A DNA stretch of 11,322 bases from Candidatus Micrarchaeota archaeon (GTDB taxonomy: Archaea; Micrarchaeota; Micrarchaeia; Micrarchaeales; Micrarchaeaceae). Below the pieces are notes generated by a model. It was not told the DNA's origin. It ran no database searches and was given only the letters and a program-made list of their open reading frames with translations. Shown here piece after piece: positions 1 to 7,869 of the stretch. Position 1 is the stretch's first letter. Each line of letters starts with the position of its first letter. The stretch spans positions 1 to 11,322 of the forward strand of contig CAZBLA010000022.1 in assembly GCA_964492665.1 (NCBI GenBank). The letters run 5' to 3'. The position numbers were made by a program, and so were the translations under genes.

Positions 1-121
1 AGGAAGCCTTTGCCCTCAAAGTACGTTCTGAAGCCGGCATCCGCTGAACGCAATTGGCTGCACGCCGTACTTGTTAAAAAACTAAAGAATTATAGGATTT
101 GTATATGAAAGGTTGTATGCT

Positions 122-415
122 ATGTTGATTGCAAGGGTTGTAGGTTTAGTCGTTTCGACAATAAAACATAAGGCATTAATAGGCAGCAAATTACTGGTTG
201 TTCGAGAAACAGATGCCAATGGTAAACCTACCGGTATGCCCAGAGTTGCTATTGATGTAGTCGATGCCGGTGAGGGTGATTTAGTTTTGGTAGTTGAAGG
301 CTCTGCTGCACGCCAGACTAATTTCACTCGCGGCCAACCCGTTGATAGCCTTATTGTGGGTATTATCGAAACTATACAGCTCAATAGAGAGATAACATTC
401 CGTAAAGGAGTGTAA
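122..415 (+). CDS. eutN: BMC vertex (pentamer) protein, EutN/PduN/CcmL family. ORF track starts at TTG 113; ATG at 122 is more likely.
   Basis: Translation from the ATG at 122 is MLIARVVGLVVSTIKHKALIGSKLLVV...GEGDLVLVVEGSAARQ. This matches the canonical N-terminus and core of EutN/PduN/CcmL (for example CcmL MQIAKVRGTVVSTQK). The length is about 97 aa, typical of BMC-P. An AAAGG motif sits about 9 nt upstream of ATG 122. The TTG at 113 would add 3 residues. Confidence 0.85.
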   Translation: MLIARVVGLVVSTIKHKALIGSKLLVVRETDANGKPTGMPRVAIDVVDAGEGDLVLVVEGSAARQTNFTRGQPVDSLIVGIIETIQLNREITFRKGV

Positions 416-434
416 TTGTGGCAGTTGTAAATAT

Positions 435-1910
435 ATGAGCTATAATACTCATGAAATGCTAAGCGTTGGTATTGATGTGGGTACAACCACAACACAAGTT
501 GTCTTTTCTAAATTGACTATATCCGGAGCCGCACAAACAGGATTTCCTCTTGGCAAATTACCATTGAATCACTATAGACTAACTAATATAATTGATAAAA
601 AGATTATCTACCGAAGCAAGGTGCACTTTACTCCTTTAATCGGGGCAGAAGAAATTAACGCCGTTGCTTTGAAAAAAATTATTCGGCAAGAATATTTAAA
701 TGCAGGCATTGCACCTGATCAGGTAGAGACGGGAGCTGTTATTATTACAGGCGAAACTGCTAAAAAACTTAATGCAGATGCGGTCTTGGATGCTATTTCT
801 ACTTTAGCAGGTGATTTTGTAGTCACGGTAGCTGGTCCTCATTTAGAAGCCATGATATCAGGGTTAGGTTCAGGTGCAGCTGCTTTTTCAAGTGATCATT
901 ATACTACTGCTACCTGTGTAGATATAGGCGGAGGTTCAGCCAATGTTTCCATATTTCGCCAAGGTGGAATGGTAGCAACGGCAGCTATGAACTATGGAGG
1001 TCGCATTATGACAATCAATCAGCGTACTGCTGAAATTGAAAATATTTCCGATCCGGCTAAAACCATTGTCAATTATCTTGGATTACCTTTAGTGGTCGGT
1101 AGCAAAATAAATTTAGATCAATTGCGGTCTTTTACGGAATGTATGGCTGACTTAACAGTTGACTTGATTGAAGGGAAAGTTACGCCTCTATCTGATCAGC
1201 TGATGTTAACCGACCCTTTGCCGATTTCCGGTAAAGGGAGCAAACTCTTTCTGTCGGGAGGTGTTGGATACTGTTTTTATGAGCCAATACCTATTAATTC
1301 TATCAGCGATGCGACTGTTTATGGTGATGTAGGACCGCTATTAGCTGAGTCACTTCGTTTGAACTCAATCATCAAGAGTTATGATATTGAACGTCCAAGT
1401 GAAACCATGCAGGCTACGGTAATGGGAGCTAATTCTCAAACGGTAACTTTAAGTGGTAATACCATATGGGCTGAAAAAAATATTTTACCGATTAGAAATG
1501 TGCCAGTTTTACGTCTTCACTTGCCTGCCACTCTACCATCTCGGCATCAGGTAAAAAAAGCTGCGCAGGATGCGGCCGCTTTATGGGATGTTGCTTTGAA
1601 TGATAATAAATTTGCAATAGCCTTAAATTTACCTGAAGGCCTTAATTATACGTCTATTTGTGAGCTGGCAAACGGTTTGGCGGATTTCGCACTACTGCAT
1701 CTTTTGGGTGGCCAGCCGATGGTTGTTATCATTAATAGTGATTATGCGCGTGTGCTTGGTCAGACAATACATGGAGTGATGCCTAATCTGTCTTTAGTAA
1801 TTATAGATCAAGTTGATTTGAAGGAAGGTGACTATATTGACATTGGACGACCTATATTAGATGGAACGATGGTACCTTTAGCTATAAAAACATTGGTATT
1901 TTACCATTGA
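435..1910 (+). CDS. eutA: Ethanolamine ammonia-lyase reactivating factor EutA
   Basis: N-terminus MSYNTHEMLSVGIDVGTTTTQVVFSKL aligns with the enterobacterial EutA start (MNTRQLLSVGIDLGTTTTQVIFSRL). The 491-aa length and the two actin-like ATPase folds (GIDVGTTTT, VDIGGGSANV) fit EutA. It lies immediately upstream of eutBC. Confidence 0.9.
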   Translation: MSYNTHEMLSVGIDVGTTTTQVVFSKLTISGAAQTGFPLGKLPLNHYRLTNIIDKKIIYRSKVHFTPLIGAEEINAVALKKIIRQEYLNAGIAPDQVETGAVIITGETAKKLNADAVLDAISTLAGDFVVTVAGPHLEAMISGLGSGAAAFSSDHYTTATCVDIGGGSANVSIFRQGGMVATAAMNYGGRIMTINQRTAEIENISDPAKTIVNYLGLPLVVGSKINLDQLRSFTECMADLTVDLIEGKVTPLSDQLMLTDPLPISGKGSKLFLSGGVGYCFYEPIPINSISDATVYGDVGPLLAESLRLNSIIKSYDIERPSETMQATVMGANSQTVTLSGNTIWAEKNILPIRNVPVLRLHLPATLPSRHQVKKAAQDAAALWDVALNDNKFAIALNLPEGLNYTSICELANGLADFALLHLLGGQPMVVIINSDYARVLGQTIHGVMPNLSLVIIDQVDLKEGDYIDIGRPILDGTMVPLAIKTLVFYH

Positions 1911-1947
1911 ACTCTTATATAGATCATTCTACAGTCGGTATTAATTC

Positions 1948-1975
1948 TTGTTTTATTTTTAGCATGCTATATAAT
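1948..1975 (+). promoter_or_regulatory. Candidate sigma-70-type internal promoter in the 143-nt eutA-eutB gap
   Basis: TTGTTT (1948-1953) is followed by TGcTATATAAT (1965-1975), an extended -10-like element. A strong SD (GGGGGAGGAGAAAGGGG) precedes the eutB ATG. The call is by eye only, in AT-rich DNA. Confidence 0.25.
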
Positions 1976-2053
1976 ATAGAAACACTTATTTTTGTGTCAT
2001 TTTCAAATAATGAAAAAGTGTTGAATTTATGGGGGAGGAGAAAGGGGTAATTT

Positions 2054-3421
2054 ATGCTGTTGCGGACTAGGCTTTTTGGCAAAATGTATGAATTCCGAGA
2101 TATTAGAGAGCTTATGAGTAAGGCTAATGAGCCAAAATCCGGTGATGAATTGGCCGGCATTGCTGCTGTATCTGATGCGGAGAGAGTGGCAGCCAAATAT
2201 GTTTTGTCTGAAGTTACTTTAGGAGTTTTAAGGGACAACCCTGCCGTATCATACGAAAAAGACGATGTCACGCGTGTTATTGATGATGCAGTTAACGAAA
2301 CTATATATAACGAAATTAAAAGTTGGACGGTTGGAAGTTTTAGAGAATGGATACTTTCCGATCAAACCACACCTGCCATGATTAGACGAATCAGCAATGG
2401 TATCACAGGGGAAATAATATCGGCAGTCACAAAGTTGATGTCTAACCTCGACCTAATTTACGGAGCTATCAGAATTAGAGTTTCGTCGCATTGTGTTAAT
2501 ACCTCTGGCCTGCCCGGAACATTAGCAAGCCGTTTGCAGCCGAATCATCCCACCGATAGTATTGAGGGCATCCGGGCTGAAATCTACGAGGGACTTTCTT
2601 ATGGAGCAGGTGATAGTGTTATAGGCATTAATCCTGCCAATGATAGCTTGGCAAGTGTTATGAAACTGCTTGATATGACTTATAATGTTATTCAAACATG
2701 GGGAATCCCTACCCAGAACTGTGTATTAGCTCATGTAACTACACAAATGAAAGCTATGGAATCAGGGGCACCTGTAGGCTTAGTTTTTCAAAGTTTGGCC
2801 GGATCGCAAAAGGCAAATGAAAGCTTTGGTATTGATGTCGGTATGATGGACGAAGCATATAAGATGGCGCGGAAATATTGCTGGCCGGAAGGCCCTAACT
2901 ATATGTATTTTGAAACCGGTGAAGGATCAGCTTTGTCGGCCAATGCAAACAATGGCTGGGACCAACTCACTCTAGAAGCCAGAATCTATATGTTAGCTAA
3001 GCGCTGGAAACCTTATCAGGTGAATTCAGTTGTTGGTTTCATTGGTCCTGAGTACCTGTATGATGCCGTTCAAATTATACGTGCCGGTTTAGAAGATCAC
3101 TTCATGGGTAAATTAGCTGGTATCCCTATGGGTTGCGATGCTTGCTACACCAATCATGCTCGTACTAACCAAAATGATATTGAAAACTTGGCCGTATTGC
3201 TCTCTGCCGCCGGCTGCAACTATTTTATGGCCGTACCTATGGGTGATGATATAATGTTGGCTTATCAATGTACAAGCTACCATGATACACCATCGTTGCG
3301 TCAAACATTGAATTTGAAACCATTGCCCGAATTTGAGTTATGGCTGGAAGAGTTAGGACTTATAAAAAATGGCGTACTGACCGAAAAAGCAGGCGATCCA
3401 TCATTTTTCCTGAGTAAATAG
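2054..3421 (+). CDS. eutB: Ethanolamine ammonia-lyase large (heavy) subunit EutB
   Basis: At 455 aa it is near-collinear with enterobacterial EutB (453 aa). MLLRTRLFGKMYEFRDIRELMSKANEPKSGDELAGIAAVS matches MKLKTTLFGNVYQFKDVKEVLAKANELRSGDVLAGVAAAS. A strong SD lies upstream. Confidence 0.95.
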   Translation: MLLRTRLFGKMYEFRDIRELMSKANEPKSGDELAGIAAVSDAERVAAKYVLSEVTLGVLRDNPAVSYEKDDVTRVIDDAVNETIYNEIKSWTVGSFREWILSDQTTPAMIRRISNGITGEIISAVTKLMSNLDLIYGAIRIRVSSHCVNTSGLPGTLASRLQPNHPTDSIEGIRAEIYEGLSYGAGDSVIGINPANDSLASVMKLLDMTYNVIQTWGIPTQNCVLAHVTTQMKAMESGAPVGLVFQSLAGSQKANESFGIDVGMMDEAYKMARKYCWPEGPNYMYFETGEGSALSANANNGWDQLTLEARIYMLAKRWKPYQVNSVVGFIGPEYLYDAVQIIRAGLEDHFMGKLAGIPMGCDACYTNHARTNQNDIENLAVLLSAAGCNYFMAVPMGDDIMLAYQCTSYHDTPSLRQTLNLKPLPEFELWLEELGLIKNGVLTEKAGDPSFFLSK

Positions 3422-3501
3422 AATGACGCGGAGTTTCAATTTTCAGTACAATACAGCTTCATCCGCAAAAAAGGTTCCTAATTTAGCTGAAAAGGATAGT
3501 A

Positions 3502-4413
3502 ATGATTGAAAAAAATGATATTCTCAGTATTGTACAAACAGTCTTAGATGAAATCGATAAACAGCGCAGCGAAGACATATATGATCAGCCTGAGACTTCC
3601 GTGGCCACAGATTATGATAGTAAGGCAGAGGCATTTAAAATTGACCTTCCAGATCCTACCGTTCCTGAATCGCGTCATGCTTCGGGTATAGATCATCCGC
3701 CTAATCCTGAAGGCTTGCAGGCATTAATGGCATCAACTCCATATCGTATCGGAGTGGGAAGGGCTGGGCCTCGCCCTCGCACTGCTGCTATGCTGCTATT
3801 CAGGGCTGATCATGCGGTCACCCAGGATGCACTGATGCATATAGTTGATTCACAAATGCTAACGAAGTTAGGACTATTTTCGGTTAAAAGCCAGGCTAGC
3901 ATAAGTCGTAAGGAATACTTAAAAAGACCTGACTTAGGACGTAAGTTAACTGATGAGGCTAAGCGCATAATTAATGAACGGTGTATAAAAAAACCCGATG
4001 TACAAATTTTTGTCGGTGACGGGCTGAGCGGAGCCGCAATTGACAGTAACCTTCCCAAGATTATGCCTGTTATGGAACAGGGATTCAAAACAGCCGGATT
4101 ATCAATGGGAACGCCATTCTTCGTTAAGAATGCTCGGGTGGGCTTATTAAATGATGTTAACAGTATAATTGATGCCAAAGTATGTGTTATACTTATAGGC
4201 GAGAGACCTGGTCTTGCTCGGGCTGAAAGTATGAGTATTTACATGGGATATCATCCTCAGCCGAACTCAACTGACGCCGATCGCAATGTTATTTGTAATA
4301 TTTATGAAGGTGGATTCAATCCCTTAGAAGCAGGAGCATCTGCGGTTCGACTTGCACAGAGAATGATTGAGTCTCATACAAGCGGAGTTGAATTGAAAGC
4401 AGAGGGCAAATAA
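3502..4413 (+). CDS. eutC: Ethanolamine ammonia-lyase small (light) subunit EutC, with an N-terminal encapsulation-peptide-like helix
   Basis: At 303 aa its position and size fit EutC. The core motif RIGVGRAGPRPRT is present. The N-terminal amphipathic helix MIEKNDILSIVQTVLDEI is followed by an acidic/proline-rich linker, as in EutC N-terminal targeting peptides. An AAAGGA SD lies 8 nt upstream. Confidence 0.9.
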   Translation: MIEKNDILSIVQTVLDEIDKQRSEDIYDQPETSVATDYDSKAEAFKIDLPDPTVPESRHASGIDHPPNPEGLQALMASTPYRIGVGRAGPRPRTAAMLLFRADHAVTQDALMHIVDSQMLTKLGLFSVKSQASISRKEYLKRPDLGRKLTDEAKRIINERCIKKPDVQIFVGDGLSGAAIDSNLPKIMPVMEQGFKTAGLSMGTPFFVKNARVGLLNDVNSIIDAKVCVILIGERPGLARAESMSIYMGYHPQPNSTDADRNVICNIYEGGFNPLEAGASAVRLAQRMIESHTSGVELKAEGK

Positions 4414-4430
4414 AATGGAGTGGAATTAGT

Positions 4431-5087
4431 ATGTCAGTAATGGATCCGATTGTTCCAAAAATATTATCTGTTAGAATTATCCCCAATGTAAACCGCGGTT
4501 TTGCCGAAAAATTAAATTTGCGGTCTAACCAAAGAAGCTTAGGGTTGATAACCTGTAATATTGATGACTCTCTTTATGTGGCACTTGATGAAGGCACTAA
4601 AATGGCAGATGTAGAAGTGGTTTATGCTAAATCTTTCTATGCTGGATCGACTAATGCTTCGGGCCCATTATCCGGCGAAATAATCGGTATTTTTGCGGGA
4701 CCCAATCCGGTTGAAGTAGAATCCGCATTAAATGCTACCATTAGTTATTGCGAGAATGAAGCATGGTTCTATTCTGCTGATGATGATGGCAAAGATGTAT
4801 TTTTTCCACATAATATTTCTAGCACCGGCTCTTATCTTTCCAAAGTGGCCGGTATTTCTATAGGTGAGCCATTAGCATATCTCGTTGCTTGTCCGTTGGA
4901 AGCTACTTATGGAATTGACAAGGCATTAAAAGCTGCCGATGTTAAAATAATGGTTTGGTGGGAGCCTCCGTCGGAAACTAACTTCTCGGGTGGATTATTT
5001 TCAGGTACGCAAAGTGATTGTAAGGCAGCTTGCGCTGCTTTCAGCGAAGCCGTTCTGGAAGTTGTTAGTAATCCTATAAAGTTGTAG
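4431..5087 (+). CDS. eutL: BMC shell protein EutL (tandem permuted BMC domains, pseudohexameric trimer)
   Basis: The 218-aa product matches enterobacterial EutL (219 aa) along its whole length. Shared stretches include RSLGLI, EVVYA+S.YAG, TGSYLS..AGI..G.P.AYLVA.PLEATYGID.ALK.ADV and SETN.S...L.G.Q..CKAAC.AF.-AVLE. An SD GGAGTGG lies upstream. Confidence 0.9.
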   Translation: MSVMDPIVPKILSVRIIPNVNRGFAEKLNLRSNQRSLGLITCNIDDSLYVALDEGTKMADVEVVYAKSFYAGSTNASGPLSGEIIGIFAGPNPVEVESALNATISYCENEAWFYSADDDGKDVFFPHNISSTGSYLSKVAGISIGEPLAYLVACPLEATYGIDKALKAADVKIMVWWEPPSETNFSGGLFSGTQSDCKAACAAFSEAVLEVVSNPIKL

Positions 5088-5111
5088 AGTATTTTTAAGA
5101 AGGAGCTTGAT

Positions 5112-6644
5112 ATGGATAATAACTATGATTTAGATTTGCAGTCGATTCAGGAAGCACGTCGGCTATCCGAAGCTTGTTATAAAGCTCAGCAGCAATTTAT
5201 TGCTTTTAACCAAGAACAGGTTGATAATGTATGCGCTGCCATGGCCGATGCTGCCTATAATGAGTCAAGACGGTTAGGGGAAATGGCTAAGGATGAAACC
5301 GGATACGGTATTGCCCTGCATAAGATGTTGAAGAATCAGCTGGGAAGCCGCAATTTATGGGAATCAATCAAGGATATCAAAACTGTTGGCATTATACGAG
5401 AAGATCGGGTAAAACATATAGTAGAGATCGGATGGCCAATGGGAGTTGTGGCAGCACTTACACCAAGTACTAATCCTACATCTACCACAATGTATAAAAT
5501 TTTGATTTCGGTTAAGAGTCGTAACGGTATTGTTGTAGCTCCGCACCCAGCGGCATATCATTGTTCTCTTGAAACGGCTAAAATTATGTCTAAAGCAGGA
5601 GAGGCTGCAGGCATGCCGCATGGTCTGGTTAGTTGCATGTCAAAGGTTTCACTTGCAGGCACACAGGAACTAATAGGGCATCGAAGGATATCGGTTATTC
5701 TCGCAACAGGTGGTTCAGCAATGGTTAGAGCTGCGCACAGTGTTGGCAAACCGGCCTACGGGGTGGGGCCAGGCAATGCACCCTGCTATGTGGATGGAAG
5801 CGCCGATATCAAGAAGGCTGCCCATGATATTGTTTCCAGCAAGGCTTTTGATAATTCACTTATCTGTGCCACGGAACAATCCATAGTAGTAGATAAGCTT
5901 ATAGCCTCCAAATTACGGTCAGAGATGGAACATATAGGAGCTTATTTTGTAAATCTAAAGCAAAAAACTGCTTTAGCCAATGTTCTTTTTTCACCAAAAG
6001 GAGTTATAAATCGATATAGTGTAGGACAGACTCCTGAATCTCTATCTCAAATGGCTGATATTCAGGTACCTGCCGGTACTCGTATTTTGGTTGTTCCATT
6101 AAACAAAGTAGGTAAAGAGGAGCCACTCTCGCGTGAAAAATTAACTACTGTGCTGGGATGGTATGAAGTTGACGGTTGGGAATCAGGTATAGAATGCTGT
6201 ATGAAACTGGTTAACTTTGGCGGCCGAGGTCATACCATGATTATTCATGCAACTGATAAGAATATAATTATGAATTTCGGTTTAAAAATACCGGTGTTCC
6301 GCATTTTAGTTAACACAATGGGTTCCTTGGGCGCAGTTGGAGGCACAACAAGCCTTTCACCTTCATTAACACTGGGTTCAGGGGGAATCGGTCATTCGAT
6401 AACCGGCGATAATATTACAACAACGCACTTATTGAACATTAAGCGAATTGCTTATGAAACAAAGGCACCACCCAAATTAGCCGTTATAGATACAAAACCT
6501 CAAACGAATTCCTCTAATGATACTTTTAGTGGTGATGGTAACCTAAATATAGAACAGATCAAAGTTGTTGTCAAAGCTGTGGTTGAGGAAGTGCTCCGCA
6601 GAAAAGCTAATATCAATTCTATAAAGAGGAGTGATAATAAATGA
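5112..6644 (+). CDS. eutE: CoA-acylating acetaldehyde dehydrogenase EutE/PduP family, with a C-terminal extension carrying an encapsulation-peptide-like helix
   Basis: The aldehyde dehydrogenase core is present ([21 protein letters not shown]...[19 protein letters not shown]). At 510 aa it is about 40 aa longer than EutE. The N-terminus begins directly in the catalytic core (..[19 protein letters not shown] aligns to the post-EP region of PduP/EutE). The C-terminal tail ...[33 protein letters not shown] resembles the EutE N-terminal EP (DIEQVVKAVLLKM). An AAGGAG SD lies upstream. Confidence 0.85.
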   Translation: MDNNYDLDLQSIQEARRLSEACYKAQQQFIAFNQEQVDNVCAAMADAAYNESRRLGEMAKDETGYGIALHKMLKNQLGSRNLWESIKDIKTVGIIREDRVKHIVEIGWPMGVVAALTPSTNPTSTTMYKILISVKSRNGIVVAPHPAAYHCSLETAKIMSKAGEAAGMPHGLVSCMSKVSLAGTQELIGHRRISVILATGGSAMVRAAHSVGKPAYGVGPGNAPCYVDGSADIKKAAHDIVSSKAFDNSLICATEQSIVVDKLIASKLRSEMEHIGAYFVNLKQKTALANVLFSPKGVINRYSVGQTPESLSQMADIQVPAGTRILVVPLNKVGKEEPLSREKLTTVLGWYEVDGWESGIECCMKLVNFGGRGHTMIIHATDKNIIMNFGLKIPVFRILVNTMGSLGAVGGTTSLSPSLTLGSGGIGHSITGDNITTTHLLNIKRIAYETKAPPKLAVIDTKPQTNSSNDTFSGDGNLNIEQIKVVVKAVVEEVLRRKANINSIKRSDNK

Positions 6645-6832
6645 ACGCATCTGAAAAGGTCAACCTTGATAACGCTTTATCCGGACATAATAAGGTGAAT
6701 GAGACAAGGCCTAATCGTAAAAAAGTTGAAGCCAAATCTGATGCAACGGCTATGCATAAAAGAGCGGAGGAGAATCAGCTTGAGAAACCAAGCGAGTATG
6801 CTAAAAAATATACGAAACAGAAGGAGGAATAC

Positions 6833-7138
6833 ATGGATATTCAAATGATTGCACTGGGAATGATTGAAACGAAAGGATTAGTTGCTGCTATTGAGGCTTC
6901 CGATGCCATGGTAAAATCAGCGAACGTACGTTTAATTGGCAGTGAGTATACCGGAGGTGGTTATGTAACTGTTATGGTAAGGGGCGATGTAGGCGCAGTC
7001 AAGGCTGCCACAGATGCCGGAGCTGCAGCAGCTAAACGCGTAGGCGAACTGGTTTCAGTTCATGTTATACCACGCCCTCATTCTGACGTGGAGATGATAT
7101 TACCTCATAAAACCAAAGGAAGTTATGATGAGCATTAA
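6833..7138 (+). CDS. eutM: BMC-H hexameric shell protein (EutM/PduA type). Short form from ATG 6833; an in-frame upstream start at 6641 would add a 64-aa charged N-terminal extension.
   Basis: [87 protein letters not shown] is a near-canonical PF00936 BMC domain (EutM: [79 protein letters not shown]). A strong SD AAGGAGGA lies 6 nt upstream of ATG 6833. The frame stays open back to ATG 6641, which overlaps the eutE stop as ATGA and has its own SD AAGAGGAG. Confidence 0.85.
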   Translation: MDIQMIALGMIETKGLVAAIEASDAMVKSANVRLIGSEYTGGGYVTVMVRGDVGAVKAATDAGAAAAKRVGELVSVHVIPRPHSDVEMILPHKTKGSYDEH

Positions 7139-7168
7139 TCAGAAGGTTAAAGCCTAAAGATAATAATT

Positions 7169-7723
7169 ATGAGGCGCTTTTTCTCAGCAGCGGATATACG
7201 TAGTTTGGCAGAAAAAGATGGATGCCGATATTTGCTGCTTGCTTCTACTGATATAATTACTCCTGAAGCTTTAGATATAGCCCATGAAGTAGGTATTCAA
7301 ATTCATAGGAAGGGGGATATACCTGGCTGTGTTTCGCTGCCACCCTTAATAGGTCGGAGTACAGCTCCGGGTACACCTATTATTTTAATTAAATCAAATT
7401 CTATCCGCCTAAAGCCTTTTGCCTACGATGTGGGTCATCCGGAGATGAACATACAACTGTCTGATATAATTACTGCGGCTAACAGATCACCAATGGCAGC
7501 TGGATTTATGACGTGGAATAAAGGATTCTTTCCCTGGACTCTTGATTACTATGAAATTGACCTGGTTATTGATGGTCAACTTGAAATACGGACCGAAGGC
7601 CGAAATATTATAGGCAATAAGGGGGATGTGATCTATATCCCTAAAGGAAATAGTATTTTTTTTGGTTCACCAAGCTATGCTAAAACTTTCTATGTTACCT
7701 TTCCAGCTGAATGGGAATCCTGA
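7169..7723 (+). CDS. eutQ: EutQ-like protein: N-terminal EutQ-type module, linker, and a C-terminal cupin domain (EutQ family acetate kinase / BMC-associated cupin)
   Basis: The C-terminal roughly 90 aa (MTWNKGFFPWTLDYYEIDLVIDGQLEI...GDVIYIPKGNSIFFGSPSYAKTFYVTFPAEW) has the cupin signature typical of EutQ. The N-terminal FSAADIRSLAEKDG....DIITPEALDIAHEVGIQI resembles the start of Salmonella EutQ, as recalled (..LITANDIRAAHARGEQ...IITPEAREVAELLGFTI). The SD is weak (AAAGA). The gene lies between eutM and eutJ. Confidence 0.7.
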   Translation: MRRFFSAADIRSLAEKDGCRYLLLASTDIITPEALDIAHEVGIQIHRKGDIPGCVSLPPLIGRSTAPGTPIILIKSNSIRLKPFAYDVGHPEMNIQLSDIITAANRSPMAAGFMTWNKGFFPWTLDYYEIDLVIDGQLEIRTEGRNIIGNKGDVIYIPKGNSIFFGSPSYAKTFYVTFPAEWES

Positions 7724-7737
7724 AGATGATTATAGTT

Positions 7738-7767
7738 TTGGTTAGTATTTAAAAAGCTGTATATAAT
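7738..7767 (+). promoter_or_regulatory. Candidate sigma-70-type promoter in the 146-nt eutQ-eutJ gap
   Basis: TTGGTT (7738-7743), an 18-nt spacer, then TATAAT (7762-7767). The call is by eye only. It would drive eutJ and the downstream genes. Confidence 0.3.
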
Positions 7768-7869
7768 GTTAATACATAAGCAGTAGACAGCTATTGAATA
7801 TTTTGAATCGCCGCAATGATGTTTGTGCTATACGATAAACTTATCACGCGGTTATTATTATGAGTAAGT

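Noticed and set aside
1-108. Open frames at the 5' window edge, possibly the 3' end of an upstream gene (frame 3 ...EAFALKVRSEAGIR* ending at 47, or frame 1 ending at 108)
   Set aside because: They are too short to identify. Neither tail matched a family I could recall (EutT, PduL, EutD, EutS). It cannot be decided which frame, if any, is real.
82-495. 137-aa minus-strand ORF
   Set aside because: It is entirely antisense to the well-supported eutN-family gene and the eutA start. Its composition is low-complexity (S/T/L/I-rich), typical of an antisense frame in an AT-rich gene.
1924-2271. 115-aa minus-strand ORF spanning the eutA-eutB gap and the eutB 5' end
   Set aside because: It is antisense to the conserved eutB N-terminus. 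It has no SD and is Ser/Leu-rich junk-like. An ORF of this length in an AT-rich intergenic region is expected by chance.
1911-3501. AdoCbl riboswitch, EutX-like sRNA or ANTAR dual-hairpin in the eutA-eutB and eutB-eutC gaps
   Set aside because: Both gaps (143 and 80 nt) are too short for a cobalamin riboswitch. I saw no B12-box-like GCCACTG core and no paired hexaloop hairpins; only trivial AT-rich palindromes.
3113-4178. Minus-strand ORFs 3113-3304 (63 aa) and 3810-4178 (122 aa)
   Set aside because: Both are fully antisense inside eutB and eutC, whose products align to their families along their entire length.
5364-5749. Minus-strand ORFs 5364-5621 and 5558-5749 inside eutE
   Set aside because: They are antisense to the aldehyde dehydrogenase catalytic core. 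They are Cys/Arg-rich and I found no recognizable family motif.
6641-6832. The 64-codon leader as an independent small protein gene
   Set aside because: It is in frame and contiguous with the BMC-H domain with no intervening stop. It cannot be a separate gene unless translation terminates by other means. It is treated as a possible N-terminal extension or isoform in the findings.
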